Positions 24,023 to 36,639 of a DNA stretch of 64,000 nucleotides are shown here, piece after piece (position 1 is the stretch's first letter; each line of letters begins with the position of its first letter). Origin of the DNA: Selaginella moellendorffii (Eukaryota > Plantae > Lycopodiophyta); the NCBI RefSeq assembly GCF_000143415.4, contig NW_003314335.1, forward strand, positions 464,113 to 528,112. The letters are read 5' to 3'. The position numbers and the translations under genes are program-made. Below the pieces are notes generated by a model. The model did not search any database. It saw nothing but the letters and a program-made list of their open reading frames with translations, and was not told the origin of the DNA.

Positions 24023-27000
24023 CCCCTTGAAAGTCTGTTTAACCCTAGCCTTGATGTAGCAATTGCCTTTTTTATAATTTCCTATACCAAAAGGGCTGTG
24101 AAATGTGAAACCGCTTTTTCCACAAACAATTCTTACCTTTCTTATTCAAAAGAATCCAATACGTCTGAATAAAAGCATTAAACAAAGTGCCTAGTGACTT
24201 GGTGGAAATACTTTCTGTTTCCAAATAATCGGCGAGCATCCTATTGCTCGCAGCAAACCACCAACACAATGCTGTGAAAATCGCCGGCGCTTCATTCCCC
24301 GCGGTGTGGTGCGCTTGGTCTGCGCAGTGTGAGCCTGGCAACCAGCTCTGTTGAGTTCTTGGCGGCATTCACTGACAAAACCTTCACGAGGAAAGATGGA
24401 AAACGTTAATCGACTCATTCCAAGACAAACCTGTGGAATCACAATGCAATCTCCGCAATCGCCAGCTGCTCACGCAATCTCAGAGTTGTGGCCTGCTCTC
24501 GGAATCATGCCCAGATTTTCCAGTTACACCGACAACGGAGCCTTGACACCAAGTTCTCGGAGTGGAGAAAAGGATTTGGCACTGGAACTTTTCTCCATCA
24601 TGCTGGATCAAGGACGCGAGAATCTTTGTGGCTGTTCTTGGTGCCTGCGCGCGGGAGAAGACGGCAGGGAGCTGGCTGGGTAAATGATGAACGTGCAGTC
24701 AGTCGGGACACGAGAAAAAAAAAACACACACACACACACGTCCAAAGCTCCGAGACCTCGTGCAGAAGCTGCCAGTACAGGGACATGATGGCGTTGATAA
24801 GTATGGTGAAAAGCCCCGTTGTATCCTTCCCAAACTTGCAGCTGCGTTAAATGCCGCTTCGAGAGCTGAAATTGCATATAAGACGCCGGGAGGGAGATAA
24901 TCCCACCACCTTCAAAGGCTTCAGTTCGGAGCAGTCATTCGCTGTCTTTGGAGTGCTTCCTAGATAGAGATGTTCTTTTCCCATGCAAACCTGTCGTCGC
25001 CATGGCTAAGAAGGCCCAGAGAGCTTTCCAAACCATGGCAACGAACTTCCTTGCATCCGAGATCACGGAGGAACGGTCTGCATTTCTTTTCCAGCATAAG
25101 AATCGCTGCCCACAGCAGCTGAGCGAGGTCGCTCAGCTACTGTAGGAACTGACGTTGTAAGCATCGATGACAAGCTCAGTCTTCCCTGTGCTGCCAACCC
25201 GTGAGCAATAGCCGCAAGTGTGAAAGAAAAGACCGCCGTCAATACCAGAACCTTTGTTGCCACCTCCCTGACTGCTCGCCAAATACTCAGATAGCATGCT
25301 GAATATCGCAGCAACCACAGTGCCGTCAGCACCACCTGGAGTTTGATTCGAAGCACGATCTTTTTAACTGAGATACCAGTGGACAATTGGCTAAAGTATG
25401 TACCAGGTTAAAAGAATCTTGAAACAAACAACTATCAACAGAAAAAAATCAACAAACACACCTAAAGTGTAGAAGACAACGTAGAGCGAATGTAAGAGGC
25501 CAGCCTGAACACCTTCAAGTGTATACATGCCAATTGGACAACTTGTTACTGTCGTTCTTAGCTTTCTGTCCAGCCTCTCAGAATTAACTTGAGGATGAGC
25601 TTCTTTACCAGTCAAAAGATTTAGGCCACACCCACATTGCCTACATGCTTCTCCGGAAGCTGGTCAAGACGTCCACAAATGCATATCAATCTGAAACGCT
25701 CTTTGTGATACAGCTCCTGCGCCAAATAAGGCACGCAATGGTTTAGTAGTCCCCCACTTGCTTGGTCACTATGTAACAAAAGCTCCGATAGTAGTACTTT
25801 GCTGCAGCTCCTTCACTTATTTTACTTCAAATTTTGAGCAAAAGCACATCGGTCTGGGCAAACAGCATTGGCACGCGAGAAAGCTCTTATCAAGTCACGG
25901 AAACTTCTGCAGAAGGACAACGAAAAATTGTTATAGCGATGGAAGCATTACCAGCATTATCGAGAGGAGCTGTGCACGCCTGACTAGGACTGACATTAGA
26001 TGGACACGGCACTGATTCTGGTCTTTTGGTAGGAGCTGGCTCCACCTTGTGTAGTGCACGATCGTTACGTTAGCCGTTAGCCGTTAGCCCGTGATGCTAG
26101 CACAATATTTCCAGGCAGCATCACATCCTCTTTCGAATGTAGTCGCAGCTCCTCACATTTGTCAATTATGGCCACTTTTTAGCAATATCTTACCCGTGCT
26201 GCTATTTCGTCAGATGTCAATTCAGTCCATTCAGAAACCTATGAACGTTTTTGTTGGATCCTGCGGTAAGCGAACCTTGTTAAAGAGCCCTTTCAAAAAA
26301 CTTTTGAGAGCATCAGGTGGATCCTGCTCGACAGCGATAGCTAAAGTTATAACAAAATCGCAATAATTACCTCCTGTAAACAGAGTTAGAGTAAAAAGGA
26401 GGCTGGCCAACATAGAGTTCATTCCTGCTCATGACAATGCGCGTCAATGTAAAACAAACAGAACTTTACAATGTCACACCAAGAGTCTGCTCTAGGGAGC
26501 CATGTATAGTGGAGCTCCTGTCATAGCGTCACGGTTTCACGAATGTATAGAAGCAATCTAAAAGACAACCTTCGATCGAGCGAAGAGCCATTTGTGTTGC
26601 AAGACATGTCCACAATCGCAGAGCTGATTCCAACAATAGGCACTCACAGGATTTCACAATCCAGATTTGGTGCCTTCGCCGGCACCGATCTCCCAGTGGA
26701 TGGTGTAGTGCCCGAACCTACGAGTAAGTCTTCTTAGAAAAAGTCTCGCACTAATCTTTGTCGCTCTTGCCGTGCTTGAGCATATCGTCTGGGGCATCGA
26801 TCGATCAGGGGCAAACAAGAAAACAAAAATGCAGCTCACAGAAATGCATGGCCAGTGCATCTCGTCAAAAAGCCTAGAGCGATACCCAGAGTAGAAATTC
26901 TTCTGGTAACATTTATTTTGTATGGTAGGAATTCTTTTCTCTCTTTTTCGTTCTTGAAGGCAAGAAAATTCCCCCGTACAACGTGGCTGGGATAGAATTT

Positions 27001-27058
27001 CTTTCGGCCCGACCAGACATGTCCAACAGACGCTCGTAGTGCTCCTCGGATGGCATTC

Positions 27059-28198
27059 TCATTCTCCAAAACTGTCAAGGCAACTTATGCTCCAAAGCCG
27101 CACCTTCTTTGCCACAAGACTTTCCTCTGCTTCTTCCTGATCACCTCGCCTTCGCTTCAAGCCCGGCTTCAAATCCATCTCCAGACACAATTCCTGCTGT
27201 ACAGCAGAATGCTTGACGACCCATGGATGCTTCTCAATCTCATGGATTGGCAGCCTCTTTCTCGGGTCCAAGTGGAGCAGCTGGAGAATGAGATCTTTGG
27301 CTTCCTCGCTCACATCCGTCCAGTCAAGGGAGGTCACCGGCACTTCCTTCCTCCCCACCCAGAATGCAAACTGCCCCGACAATATCTCATACAAGACAAT
27401 GCCCACGCCCCACACATCTACCATCTCATCATACTCATCATCAGAATTCACCATCTCTGGGGCGCTGTAAGCCTGTGTCCCAGAAAGGTCGCTCATCCTA
27501 AACTTTACGCCTGGCCCCTCGCTCAACCAACACGTTCCAAAGTCAGCCACCTTTATGCTGTCAAATTTCTCCTTAATCCCTAGGAGGATGTTGGCAGTGT
27601 TGATATCCCTATGAGCTATTCCCATGTCGTGCATTTCGCCCACAGTCCTGGCCACTTTCTTCATCACCAGTGCTGCCTCGTGCTCACTCAGCCTCCCCTT
27701 GTCCTTCAACACATCTCGCAGCGAGCACTGGCACAACTCCATGACAAGGTGATGGTATTCTTGTTCTTTGAAAACGTCCACTAGTTGAACCACACCACTT
27801 TTTGCTGTGCTCTTGGAGAGTTTCGTGAGTACTCTCATCTCTAACTCCGCTTGGTCTTCAAGATTGTCAGTGACCCGAATTGATTTACAAGCGAACAATT
27901 GACCGTCGCTCTTGCGTTTGATTTGGTAGACACTTGATTGGCCTCCCTGACCCAGCTCCTTTTCCACCGAGAACAAGTCTCCCATGCTTGCCTGGTTAAA
28001 CTCCATCGCCTCCATAGATCGCACCAGTGCCATCTGCTCGTCCATCAATTTCCTGTGCTCCTCCATCGATTCAGTGCTCGGTGTAGCAGCTTCTTCCTCT
28101 TGTGGGGGAGGTATTTTGAGTAGCTCGTAGAGCTCCTTCAGCTTCCAAAGTGCATCAAGTAGCACCTCTTCTTGAGGCTTACCTTCGTCAAGCGCCAT
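27059..28198 (-). CDS. Intronless CAMK-group kinase, copy 4
   Basis: Protein identical to copy 2 in the ORF track. Confidence 0.9.
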   Translation of the reverse strand: MALDEGKPQEEVLLDALWKLKELYELLKIPPPQEEEAATPSTESMEEHRKLMDEQMALVRSMEAMEFNQASMGDLFSVEKELGQGGQSSVYQIKRKSDGQLFACKSIRVTDNLEDQAELEMRVLTKLSKSTAKSGVVQLVDVFKEQEYHHLVMELCQCSLRDVLKDKGRLSEHEAALVMKKVARTVGEMHDMGIAHRDINTANILLGIKEKFDSIKVADFGTCWLSEGPGVKFRMSDLSGTQAYSAPEMVNSDDEYDEMVDVWGVGIVLYEILSGQFAFWVGRKEVPVTSLDWTDVSEEAKDLILQLLHLDPRKRLPIHEIEKHPWVVKHSAVQQELCLEMDLKPGLKRRRGDQEEAEESLVAKKVRLWSISCLDSFGE

Positions 28199-28439
28199 CC
28201 CCTTGAAAGTCTGTTTAACCCTAGCCTTGATGTAGCAATTGCCTTTTTTATAATTTCCTATACCAAAAGGGCTGTGAAATGTGAAACCGCTTTTTCCACA
28301 AACAATTCTTACCTTTCTTATTCAAAAGAATCCAATACGTCTGAATAAAAGCATTAAACAAAGTGCCTAGTGACTTGGTGGAAATACTTTTTGTTTCCAA
28401 ATAATCGGCGAGCATCCTATTGCTCGCAGCAAACCACCA

Positions 28440-29165
28440 ACACAATGCTGTGAGAATCGCCGGCGCTTCATTCCCCGCGGTGTGGTGCGCTTGGTCTGCG
28501 CAGTGTGAGCCTGGCAACCAGCTCTGTTGAGTTCTTGGCGGCATTCACTGACAAAACCTTCACGAGGAAAGATGGAAAACGTTAATCGACTCATTCCAAG
28601 ACAAACCTGTGGAATCACAATGCAATCTCCGCAATCGCCAGCTGCTCACGCAATCTCAGAGTTGTGGCCTGCTCTCGGAATCATGCCCAGATTTTCCAGT
28701 TACACCGACAACGGAGCCTTGACACCAAGTTCTCGGAGTGGAGAAAAGGATTTGGCACTGGAACTTTTCTCCATCATGCTGGATCAAGGACGCGAGAATC
28801 TTTGTGGCTGTTCTTGGTGCCTGCGCGCGGGAGAAGACGGCAGGGAGCTGGCTGGGTAAATGATGAACGTGCAGTCAGTCGGGACACGAGAAAAAAAAAA
28901 CACACACACACACGTCCAAAGCTCACATACCGCATTAGTGGGATATTTTGTCTCTCGCGTTAACAGTCTTCGCAGGCTGGACCGCATCGACGACATAGCC
29001 GATCTTGCAATGAGAATGTTCTTTACCGATTTGGCACTGTCTGTGGACGACATGCTTGTTTTCGAGCAGTTGATTAGAGTCTTCTCCAGTTTTTCGACCT
29101 GTGTCCAAAATTTAAAACGATATCACTCACAATCGCAGAGAATGGAACTTTAAGTTCCAACCTTT
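28440..29165 (-). pseudogene. Longer CCT1 relic extending beyond the array end
   Basis: 28921-28934 matches 32567-32580. 28935-29165 matches 33496-33765 (gggatattt..gttaacagtctt, gacatgcttgttttcg, agtttttcgacctg.gtccaaaa) with introns kept and internal deletions. Confidence 0.8.
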
Positions 29166-31632
29166 ATGATTTCGAGCGTTTCTTCTCGCTGGCTAGAGAG
29201 TCGCGGACGCGTCCTCGCGAGTTCTTTGCTTCTCCATGCCTGTATGGTGTCGCCTTCTTGCCACTCGTTGAACCCATCGACAACATTCCAAAACCTGGAA
29301 CTTGGACAAGAGAAGCAACCATGATCGAATTGGACGTAGCGAGCAGAGATAAACGTAGATACCTCTTTGGCGACATCTTTTACCCGTCGAAGCGAGCTCA
29401 AGCTCCCAGTATGCACGCTTTTCTTCCCTCACTTGTAGCCTTTGGTCAGCTTTCCTTCCGTCACCATGCATAACGCCACTCGTCCACTTCCACTCGTGAA
29501 AACCGCTCGAACCTCCGATTTTCCAATTAGATTTTCCTCCCGGAGACAAGTTTGAGTGATGGGAGGATGGAAATGGAAAGAACCATGTACCTGGATGGGC
29601 TTCAAGAGATCCTCCTCGTGTCATCTACCAGTTCTTACATGACTTTGTAACGCATCTCAACGCCTTTGCTGCCCCTCACCGTCGGCTCCGTGCGTTACGT
29701 TGACGATTCCTCCACGAACACAAACTTCCTAGACAAACGCGTTATGAGAGGAACTGTAGAAAAGTCTTTGAAAACAAGAGCCTTACTTTGGCACCGACAG
29801 CACCTAAGGCAAGAGCTATAGCTTTGCCAACGCACCTGTAACCAGAGTGAAATGCGAATAGTATTTCCTGAATTGCCTATACTAGACTGAGAAAGCCCCC
29901 TGGTACACGAATCTTCAAGTTTAAAGGAGGGATAAAAAAACGCACTATGATAAGATATTCTATTACTCGAGGAAAGCGCTACTTAGCTTTTCGTGATGAG
30001 CTCGACTAAACATGGCGAATTTCTCCGTCTCAGTTTTGGTGGAAAACTTCCAATATCCTCAACGAACCACTTTGATATCCTATAGATGACACAGTGAGAT
30101 CAAGGAAAATGTAGAAACCGAGAGAGTACCTCTAAAGATGGAAAAGGATGCGCTGCTCAACTGTTCAAGTAAGGGTGTAATGACGGTGGCCTGAAACGTC
30201 TGGACAATCCCACTACTCTTCGCTGTGATAGAGTGGTCGAGGATTGTACTGGAGGCAGGAGCTCGTCTGTAGAAAAGAAAGAGAGTGTTGTGCAACAATC
30301 AACGAGCGACATGCCTTACCCGGAGTTGCAGAGGAACATTCAGGCTTCTTCACTGTCACATTCCAGGGAGGCGCTGATCAAAGATAAGAAAAAAGAAGAG
30401 CTTACCTTTTGCGGTTTCGCCTACTCCAAAAGAAGCACTTACATCTTCTCCTTCATTCATTCTCCGCTTTTTAATTCTCTTCGGAGAAGCGCGATGTCTG
30501 CTAGCATTCGTGCCGTTCCCTTGCTCTTCCTTTTCGCCCTTTCCAATCAAACAGACACTTCCTTAAAGCAAAGAAGTAAAGCACAAAAACTTACTCTACG
30601 TTTGGTGCTGTCTGGCATATCTTCTACCTGGGCTCCAGTCGCCAGCAAGGACAGAATTTAGAAACGAGAAGAAAAACAGATAAAACTTACGTACTTCTTG
30701 ATGCGTCGCTCGATCTTCTTCGTGAACCATATCCTCTTCCATAGTTGGCTGCAGAGAAACTCTAAAAAATTGTGCAAGAAATAGAAAAATCGAGTGGCAC
30801 CTCTTGCACTTTCGCAAGATCATCTACATCAGCCGGCTGCAAACGAAGAATCAAAAGTAAACGCATAAAAGGGAAAAAGCGCGAAGAGAGGCACCTGTGG
30901 CTGTTTCGTGAGATTTCCTGCACCACTTGGCTACAAGCAAGAAACCACATAATTGTCACGGTCAAGGAGCAAAAGAATAGAAAAGGCGAAAGAGTAGTAC
31001 CTCGTACTGTTTCGTGCGGTCTCCTACATCAGCTGCCTGGAAACGAGCATTCTAAATGAGAAGGAAACAAAATCAGCGAAGAAAGAATACCTCGCCAGGT
31101 TCTTGTAGCTCAAAAGCTCTTGAGCGACCTTCTTCGTAAGTAACATCGAGCAAGCACTGGAACGCAATGGATGGATTTGTGGGCGACGAAGAAACAAAAT
31201 TGGCCGTCGAGATCTCTGAGGCCACCGCTACATCATTGAGTGACTCTCTGATGGCCCGCTCAAGCTGCATTGCCTCTGCCCGTTCCTGGAAAAAAATAAA
31301 ATTCTGCGGATAAATTTCCTCTCTCCAAAGCAAAAGGAAAAACAAGAGAAAACGCAAACCCAAACGAAGCAGAGTGTGGGTGAGTACCTTTGGATTTGGC
31401 CTCGCCTGGAACAAAGGAATGAGCGCCACAGCTCCAAAATCTCTCTCGCACAGACTCATACCTTCTTCTTCTTGTGTGCTGCTGCTGCTGCTGCTGCCGA
31501 GCTTCTGCTCTCACGCTCCGGCCGCCGCCTTGTGCTGGTTCTCACGGGCAGCGCCGAGAAATCTTCATCGTCGTCGTCAGAGACGCTCTCGGCGTAGGAA
31601 ATGCTGGATCGCGCTTGCCGCTGCGGCCTCAT
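29164..31632 (-). CDS. Multi-exon protein of unknown function with a UIM-like motif; 3' part uncertain and possibly degenerate
   Basis: First exons splice cleanly: MRPQRQARSSISYAESVSDDDDEDF...AAAHKKKK|ARPNPK|ERAEAMQLERAIRESL. Many further short GT-AG-bounded segments follow. Confidence 0.5.
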
Positions 31633-31940
31633 CGTGGAAATCTCCTAAACCCTAGAATCTCGTTCTCTTAAAGGTGCCATAAACCCTAAACGTGCAAAGT
31701 TAAGTTTGCAAAGGTAATAGAAACATGGTTTACTAAATTAAGCTGATGCTAGTTAACTTAGACTAATAATTAATTACAAAACAAATTACAATAATTACAA
31801 TAGAGTTCTTGTGATTTATGTTAGGCTAAAGGTAAAATTTAGAGCTAGAGTTTCAGTCCAACTATTAAAATTACAAAACTACTACACTGTTAATGCAAAA
31901 TTTGGTCCTCCACAACACAAAACCATTGTCGGCTAACTCA

Positions 31941-34474
31941 TCACTCATCGTCTTGGTTGTCTTCCTTGTAGAGCTTCACCATGTCATCGATTCGCAAGAT
32001 GGTGATGGCGGCTTCGGTGGCAAACTGGATCGAGGCGGCGGGGTCAGAAGCGAGAAACAAACATATAGTGGATTTAACCTGTATGATCTTGAGCTTGCTC
32101 ATTGCCGGCTCCAAAACACCCGCCTCCAGGTTATTCCTCACAGCTCCTTTCAGCAGATCCAAACCAAAACTGGAAAAAAGCACGAACACAATGCTGTAAG
32201 AATCGCCGGCGTTCCTGGGATGGCAAGCTTCTTACCCCGCGTAGTGCTGCTTGTCGGGCTTGGTCTGCGCAGTGTGGTGGTACGCGCGGAGCTTGGCAAC
32301 CAGCTCTGTTGAGTCCTTGGCGGCATTCACTGACAAAACCTTCACGGGGAAAGATAGAAACGTTAATCGCGGCAAGCAAACACGCATTCTAAGACAAACC
32401 TTTGGAATCACAAGGAGCGCTTCAGCAAACTCCGCAATCGCCAGCTGCTCACGCGATCCCAGAGTTGTGGCCAGATTTTCCAGGTACACCGACAATGCAG
32501 CCTCGACAGCACCACCTCCAGCAACGACCTACGAGGTAGTCAGTACAAACACAAAGACGTCCTAAGTTCACATACCGCACTAGATTCCAGTGTACGCTTC
32601 ACAATACTCAACGCGTCATGCATGGACCGATCCATTTCATCGAGCATATAGTCATTCGCACCGCGGAGAATGATTGAGACCTGTCACAAAACAGCAGAAG
32701 TTCTAGCACCACGAAAGGAGAAGTATAACAAGGCTCACAGCTTTTGTGCTCTTGGCTCCTTTAACCATAATCACATCATCATCGGCCACATGTTCCTCGG
32801 CTACTTCTTCAGCATGACCAAGGTAAGAAGGGTCAAATGACTCGCCGCCTTCCATATCGGCCAGAGTAACAACCTGATAGAATGGAGATTCGCTTCAGTA
32901 AATTCCTTGAAATTATACTCAATCCCACCATTGTAGCACCAGTTGCCTTGGCCACATGCCGCAGGTCCTCCTTCCGAACACGGCGTACAGCTATTGCTCC
33001 TGCTTCTACAAAATACTGAGATCACAGATCCTTAGTCTCGTTTCAAAAGAGAATCGCTGAGCCATACCTTTAAAGACATATCATCTATTCCTTTCGTAGT
33101 GAGAACGACATTAGCACCGGCCTTCAAAATCTTTTGAATCCTTTCTTTTGTAATGTCCGATTCCCTGTAGAAGATAGAAAAGTCAGACCAGATAACAAAA
33201 AAGAAAAAAAAAAAAAGAAGAGCTATTACCTTTGCCGAATCTTCTCCAGCTCACGTGGATCGGTGACTAGAACTTGCACACCCATTTGCATTTTGGACTT
33301 TTGAAGGTTGACATCTAGACACGCAATTCTTGCCGGGTAAACCCGCTGTGGCATGCCTTGTGCAGCACGTCCGGTATTGAGAGCATACCCATTTAACAGA
33401 TAGCTATCCTTCCCGCTCTTTCCGTGAGCTTTCAAGATGTTAATAGACTGGAAATAATATTCGTCAGAATTTGCAGCAATGGGCAATGACAAACCTTAAT
33501 GGGATATTTCGTCTCCCCCTTCTCGTTAACAGTCTTCACAGCTTGTACAGCATCGACGACCTGGAAAAGAATTGACTAATCGATCTCGCGATGAAAGTGT
33601 TCTTTACCATTTTCGCGAAAAAGTCACTGTCTGTACCAATAATCTTAGACGACATGCTTGTTTTCGCGCAGTTTATTAGCGACTCCTTCCCAAGTTTTTC
33701 GACCTGCGTCCAAAACTTGAAAGGATCTGACTCACAATAGCAATGAATGGCAAAGTTCTAACCTTCACGGACAATCTCTCTTCGATATATTTGCACGATT
33801 CACGCATAGCAAGCTGCACGTTCCACTTGTGAAAATCTACACAGCACAGAACGCAATCGTGACATACCCTGAATCCACTAATGATAGAAGTAGGATGGAT
33901 TTTGTTCCGAACTAAATCGTTGGCCCTCTGAATTTTAGAAGCTTTATCACATAGTAGAAAAGAACGAGAGAGCCATTTTTACCTTCAAGAGCTCTGCCGC
34001 AATAATAACTACAGACGTTGTGCCATCTCCAACTTCTTTGTCTTGAAGCTCAGCTAGTTCCACCATAACCTGATGATTTAAACTATCAGCATTGCAGCAA
34101 ATAAAAGTGAAAGAACTAGAACCCACCTTAGCAGCAGGATGCTCGACTTCTAACATTTTCAAGATGGTCGCGCCATCGTTCGTCGTTGTAACATCGCCAA
34201 TATCGTCTACAAGCATCTGCGATGGAGATCACAGAACGTTTTTTCAAGAAAACTAAGAAAGAAGAAGCAGACCTTGTCAAGGCCGGTTGGCCCCAGAGAG
34301 CTCTTCACAATATTGGCAACGGCCGCGCAAGCCGTGACTGAAGATCGCCAGAAAGAATCAGTACATAAGGCCGAAATCCCACACTAGAGCGCGAAGAATC
34401 TCACCATTCTGTGTGCGCACATCGGCGCCGCTCTGCCGCTCGCCGAAAATGTCGAGCGTCTGCACCTGCGCCAT
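31941..34474 (-). CDS. CCT1: T-complex protein 1 subunit alpha (CCT1)
   Basis: [86 protein letters not shown]. Confidence 0.97.
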
Positions 34475-34620
34475 CACTCTCGCAGTCACAAGCTCAAAAA
34501 GAAACTAGGGCACAGAGGGATATTCCAGGAATCTTATTTACTAAGTGATTAAGATTAATTTAATTCAAGCGCAAAGGGATATTCCAAGATTATGGTTTAT
34601 TACAAAGTACCAGGTTAAGG

Positions 34621-36311
34621 TTAATTAAATTCGACTATGGCCCTGCCAAGGATTTGTCCTCTGTCCAAGGCATCAAACGTTTGGTTCACTTCTTCCAGAC
34701 CACATCGCTGCGTCACCCCGCTGCTTAGATTGATGGCTCCAATCTCCGCGAGGGTGACGAGCTCTGGAAGATCTTGTCTCGCTCGAGCTCCATAAGAACC
34801 GATGATTCTCACCTGTATAAACGAAACAAATTTGGATAAGAGGATCCAAGCCACCGCAGAGATTGAGATACCTGTCTACGAACAACGTGAACCATGTCGA
34901 ATTCGGCCGTAGTTCCAAACGAGGCGAGCCCGACCATCACAGCTCGGCCTCCATCGCGGACGCTCATGGCTGTTTGCTGGAAGGTCTTTGGCTTTCCCAG
35001 TGCTTCAATGGCAACGTCGACTCCTCTTCCACCGGTGAGCTCCTGGACGAACGGAAGACTGTAAGCGACCATTTACAATATACTTGAGAACTTGATTTAC
35101 CTTGATAGCTTCCACAGGATTTACTTTGGCTGAGTTCACGGTGTGTGTTGCTCCAAACTTCTTGGAGTTCTCCAGCTTTTTGTCATCGACATCAACTGCA
35201 ATAACTTGGCGAGCTCCAAACGCTCGAGCTAACTGCAAGCAGCTGTTCCAACCGTTGTTAAGAACATCGTGAACAAAAATAAGTTCTCTTTGTGCAGCAA
35301 ACCTGGATCCAACACCACCGATGCCAATCACGGATACGGTTTCGCCAGCACGTAAGTTGGCTGCATTCTTCACGGCTCCATAAGCTGTAAAAACTGCACA
35401 TCCCATTATCGCTGCGTCCGAGTAAGGCAGAGTAGAAGGTAGGACTGCTAATGCGTTGGAGGGAACTACACAATACTCAGCCATGCCTCCCATGCTGTAC
35501 ATATGAATCGGCTTTCCTGCACGAGAAAAAACCAAGAAAATCAGGAGAGCAAAGAAGCGATTTTTTCAAACCATTGCTCGCAATGAATAATCGAGTCTGT
35601 CCATCATAAAGAGCTCCTTTGCCTCTACTATACTTAAAGAAAGTCTCGCAGAGATCTTCTTGTCCCTGGAGTTACATGTTAGAATACTTTGAGGGAATTC
35701 TAGCTAAAACTCTTCACTTGCCTTGACGCAGTAGAAGCATCCTCCACAAGGCATGATGAATGCTCCGACTGCTCGTGCACCGATCGGGAGCCTGGATTTC
35801 GCAGCTTAAAAATCACTGAATCACTGACAATAAAAGAGTCACCCCTTTTAAGTTTCGCTAGAATACCTTTGTAGTGTAGCAGCATCCGTGTGTGGACCGT
35901 GCTCCACGATCTCTCCAGTCACTTCGTGGCCGAGAACTACTGGCAAGGGGAACGGCTGATCCTTCTTGATGATGTGCAAATCCGAGTGGCAAACTCCACA
36001 AGCTGCCCGATCCATGGAAATTTAGATCGATCGATCCAAACAATCCACATACCTTTCGTCTTGAGCAGCACCTCTCCAAATTTCGGCCGAGGCATTTGCA
36101 TATCCTCCAGCGTCATCGGCTTGCCGGGCTCCCACAGCACCGCGGCTCTCATTGTCGACGCCGTCCCGGCGGCTGTGAACTCTCGGCCATCGAGCGAAGG
36201 CGATGGCGCTAGCGTTGGCGCCGCCACTGCCGATCCGGATTCATAGCGGCAGCCCTGGAAATTTGACAACCTAAGGAGCAGCGATCTAAACCCTTGGCGC
36301 CCTTGGAGCAT
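34621..36311 (-). CDS. GroES-like zinc-binding alcohol dehydrogenase (MDR family), probable mitochondrial presequence
   Basis: MRAAVLWEPGKP, CGVCHSDLH, GHEVTGE, IMPCGGCFYCVK|GQEDLC, GCAVFTAYGA, GIGGVG, GRGVDVAIEALG. Confidence 0.93.
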
Positions 36312-36639
36312 TGCTTCCTTCCAGTGTGGATCGAAGCTGGCGCTTTCTTATCCAAATTGGTCTTTGGATCGAATCCCTTTAACTGAAATAATCTGGAGAA
36401 CGAATATTCACTGGATGGAATGAAATATTCGTTGTTTTATATTACTTTTGCCCTACACTAGAAACAGGAGGAGAGTCGTGAACGAATTTACACACGCGGG
36501 CGTCGTCAATCATGAGGGATTTGTCGCGGGAGCTAGTCATCGATCACAGGTATTGCGTGATTGCGCGACGCTGGATGATCGATCGCTGTCACAGATTACG
36601 AGGTTCTTGCGCCGGATTTCTTGGATCTCTTCTTCGTCG

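Larger units (their letters stand above)
12241..28924. repeat. Head-to-tail tandem array of 4 units (4,159 bp, then 4,176-bp period)
   Basis: Unit start gagacctcgtgcagaagctgcc at 12241, 16400, 20576 and 24752. The ORF track repeats every 4,176 bp. The array exits at cacgtccaaagctc|acatacc (28924). Confidence 0.97.

Noticed and set aside
12241-28924. Array unit as an autonomous transposon or Helitron
   Set aside because: I found no transposase or Rep-helicase, TIRs, LTRs or convincing hairpin-CTRR end at the unit junction.
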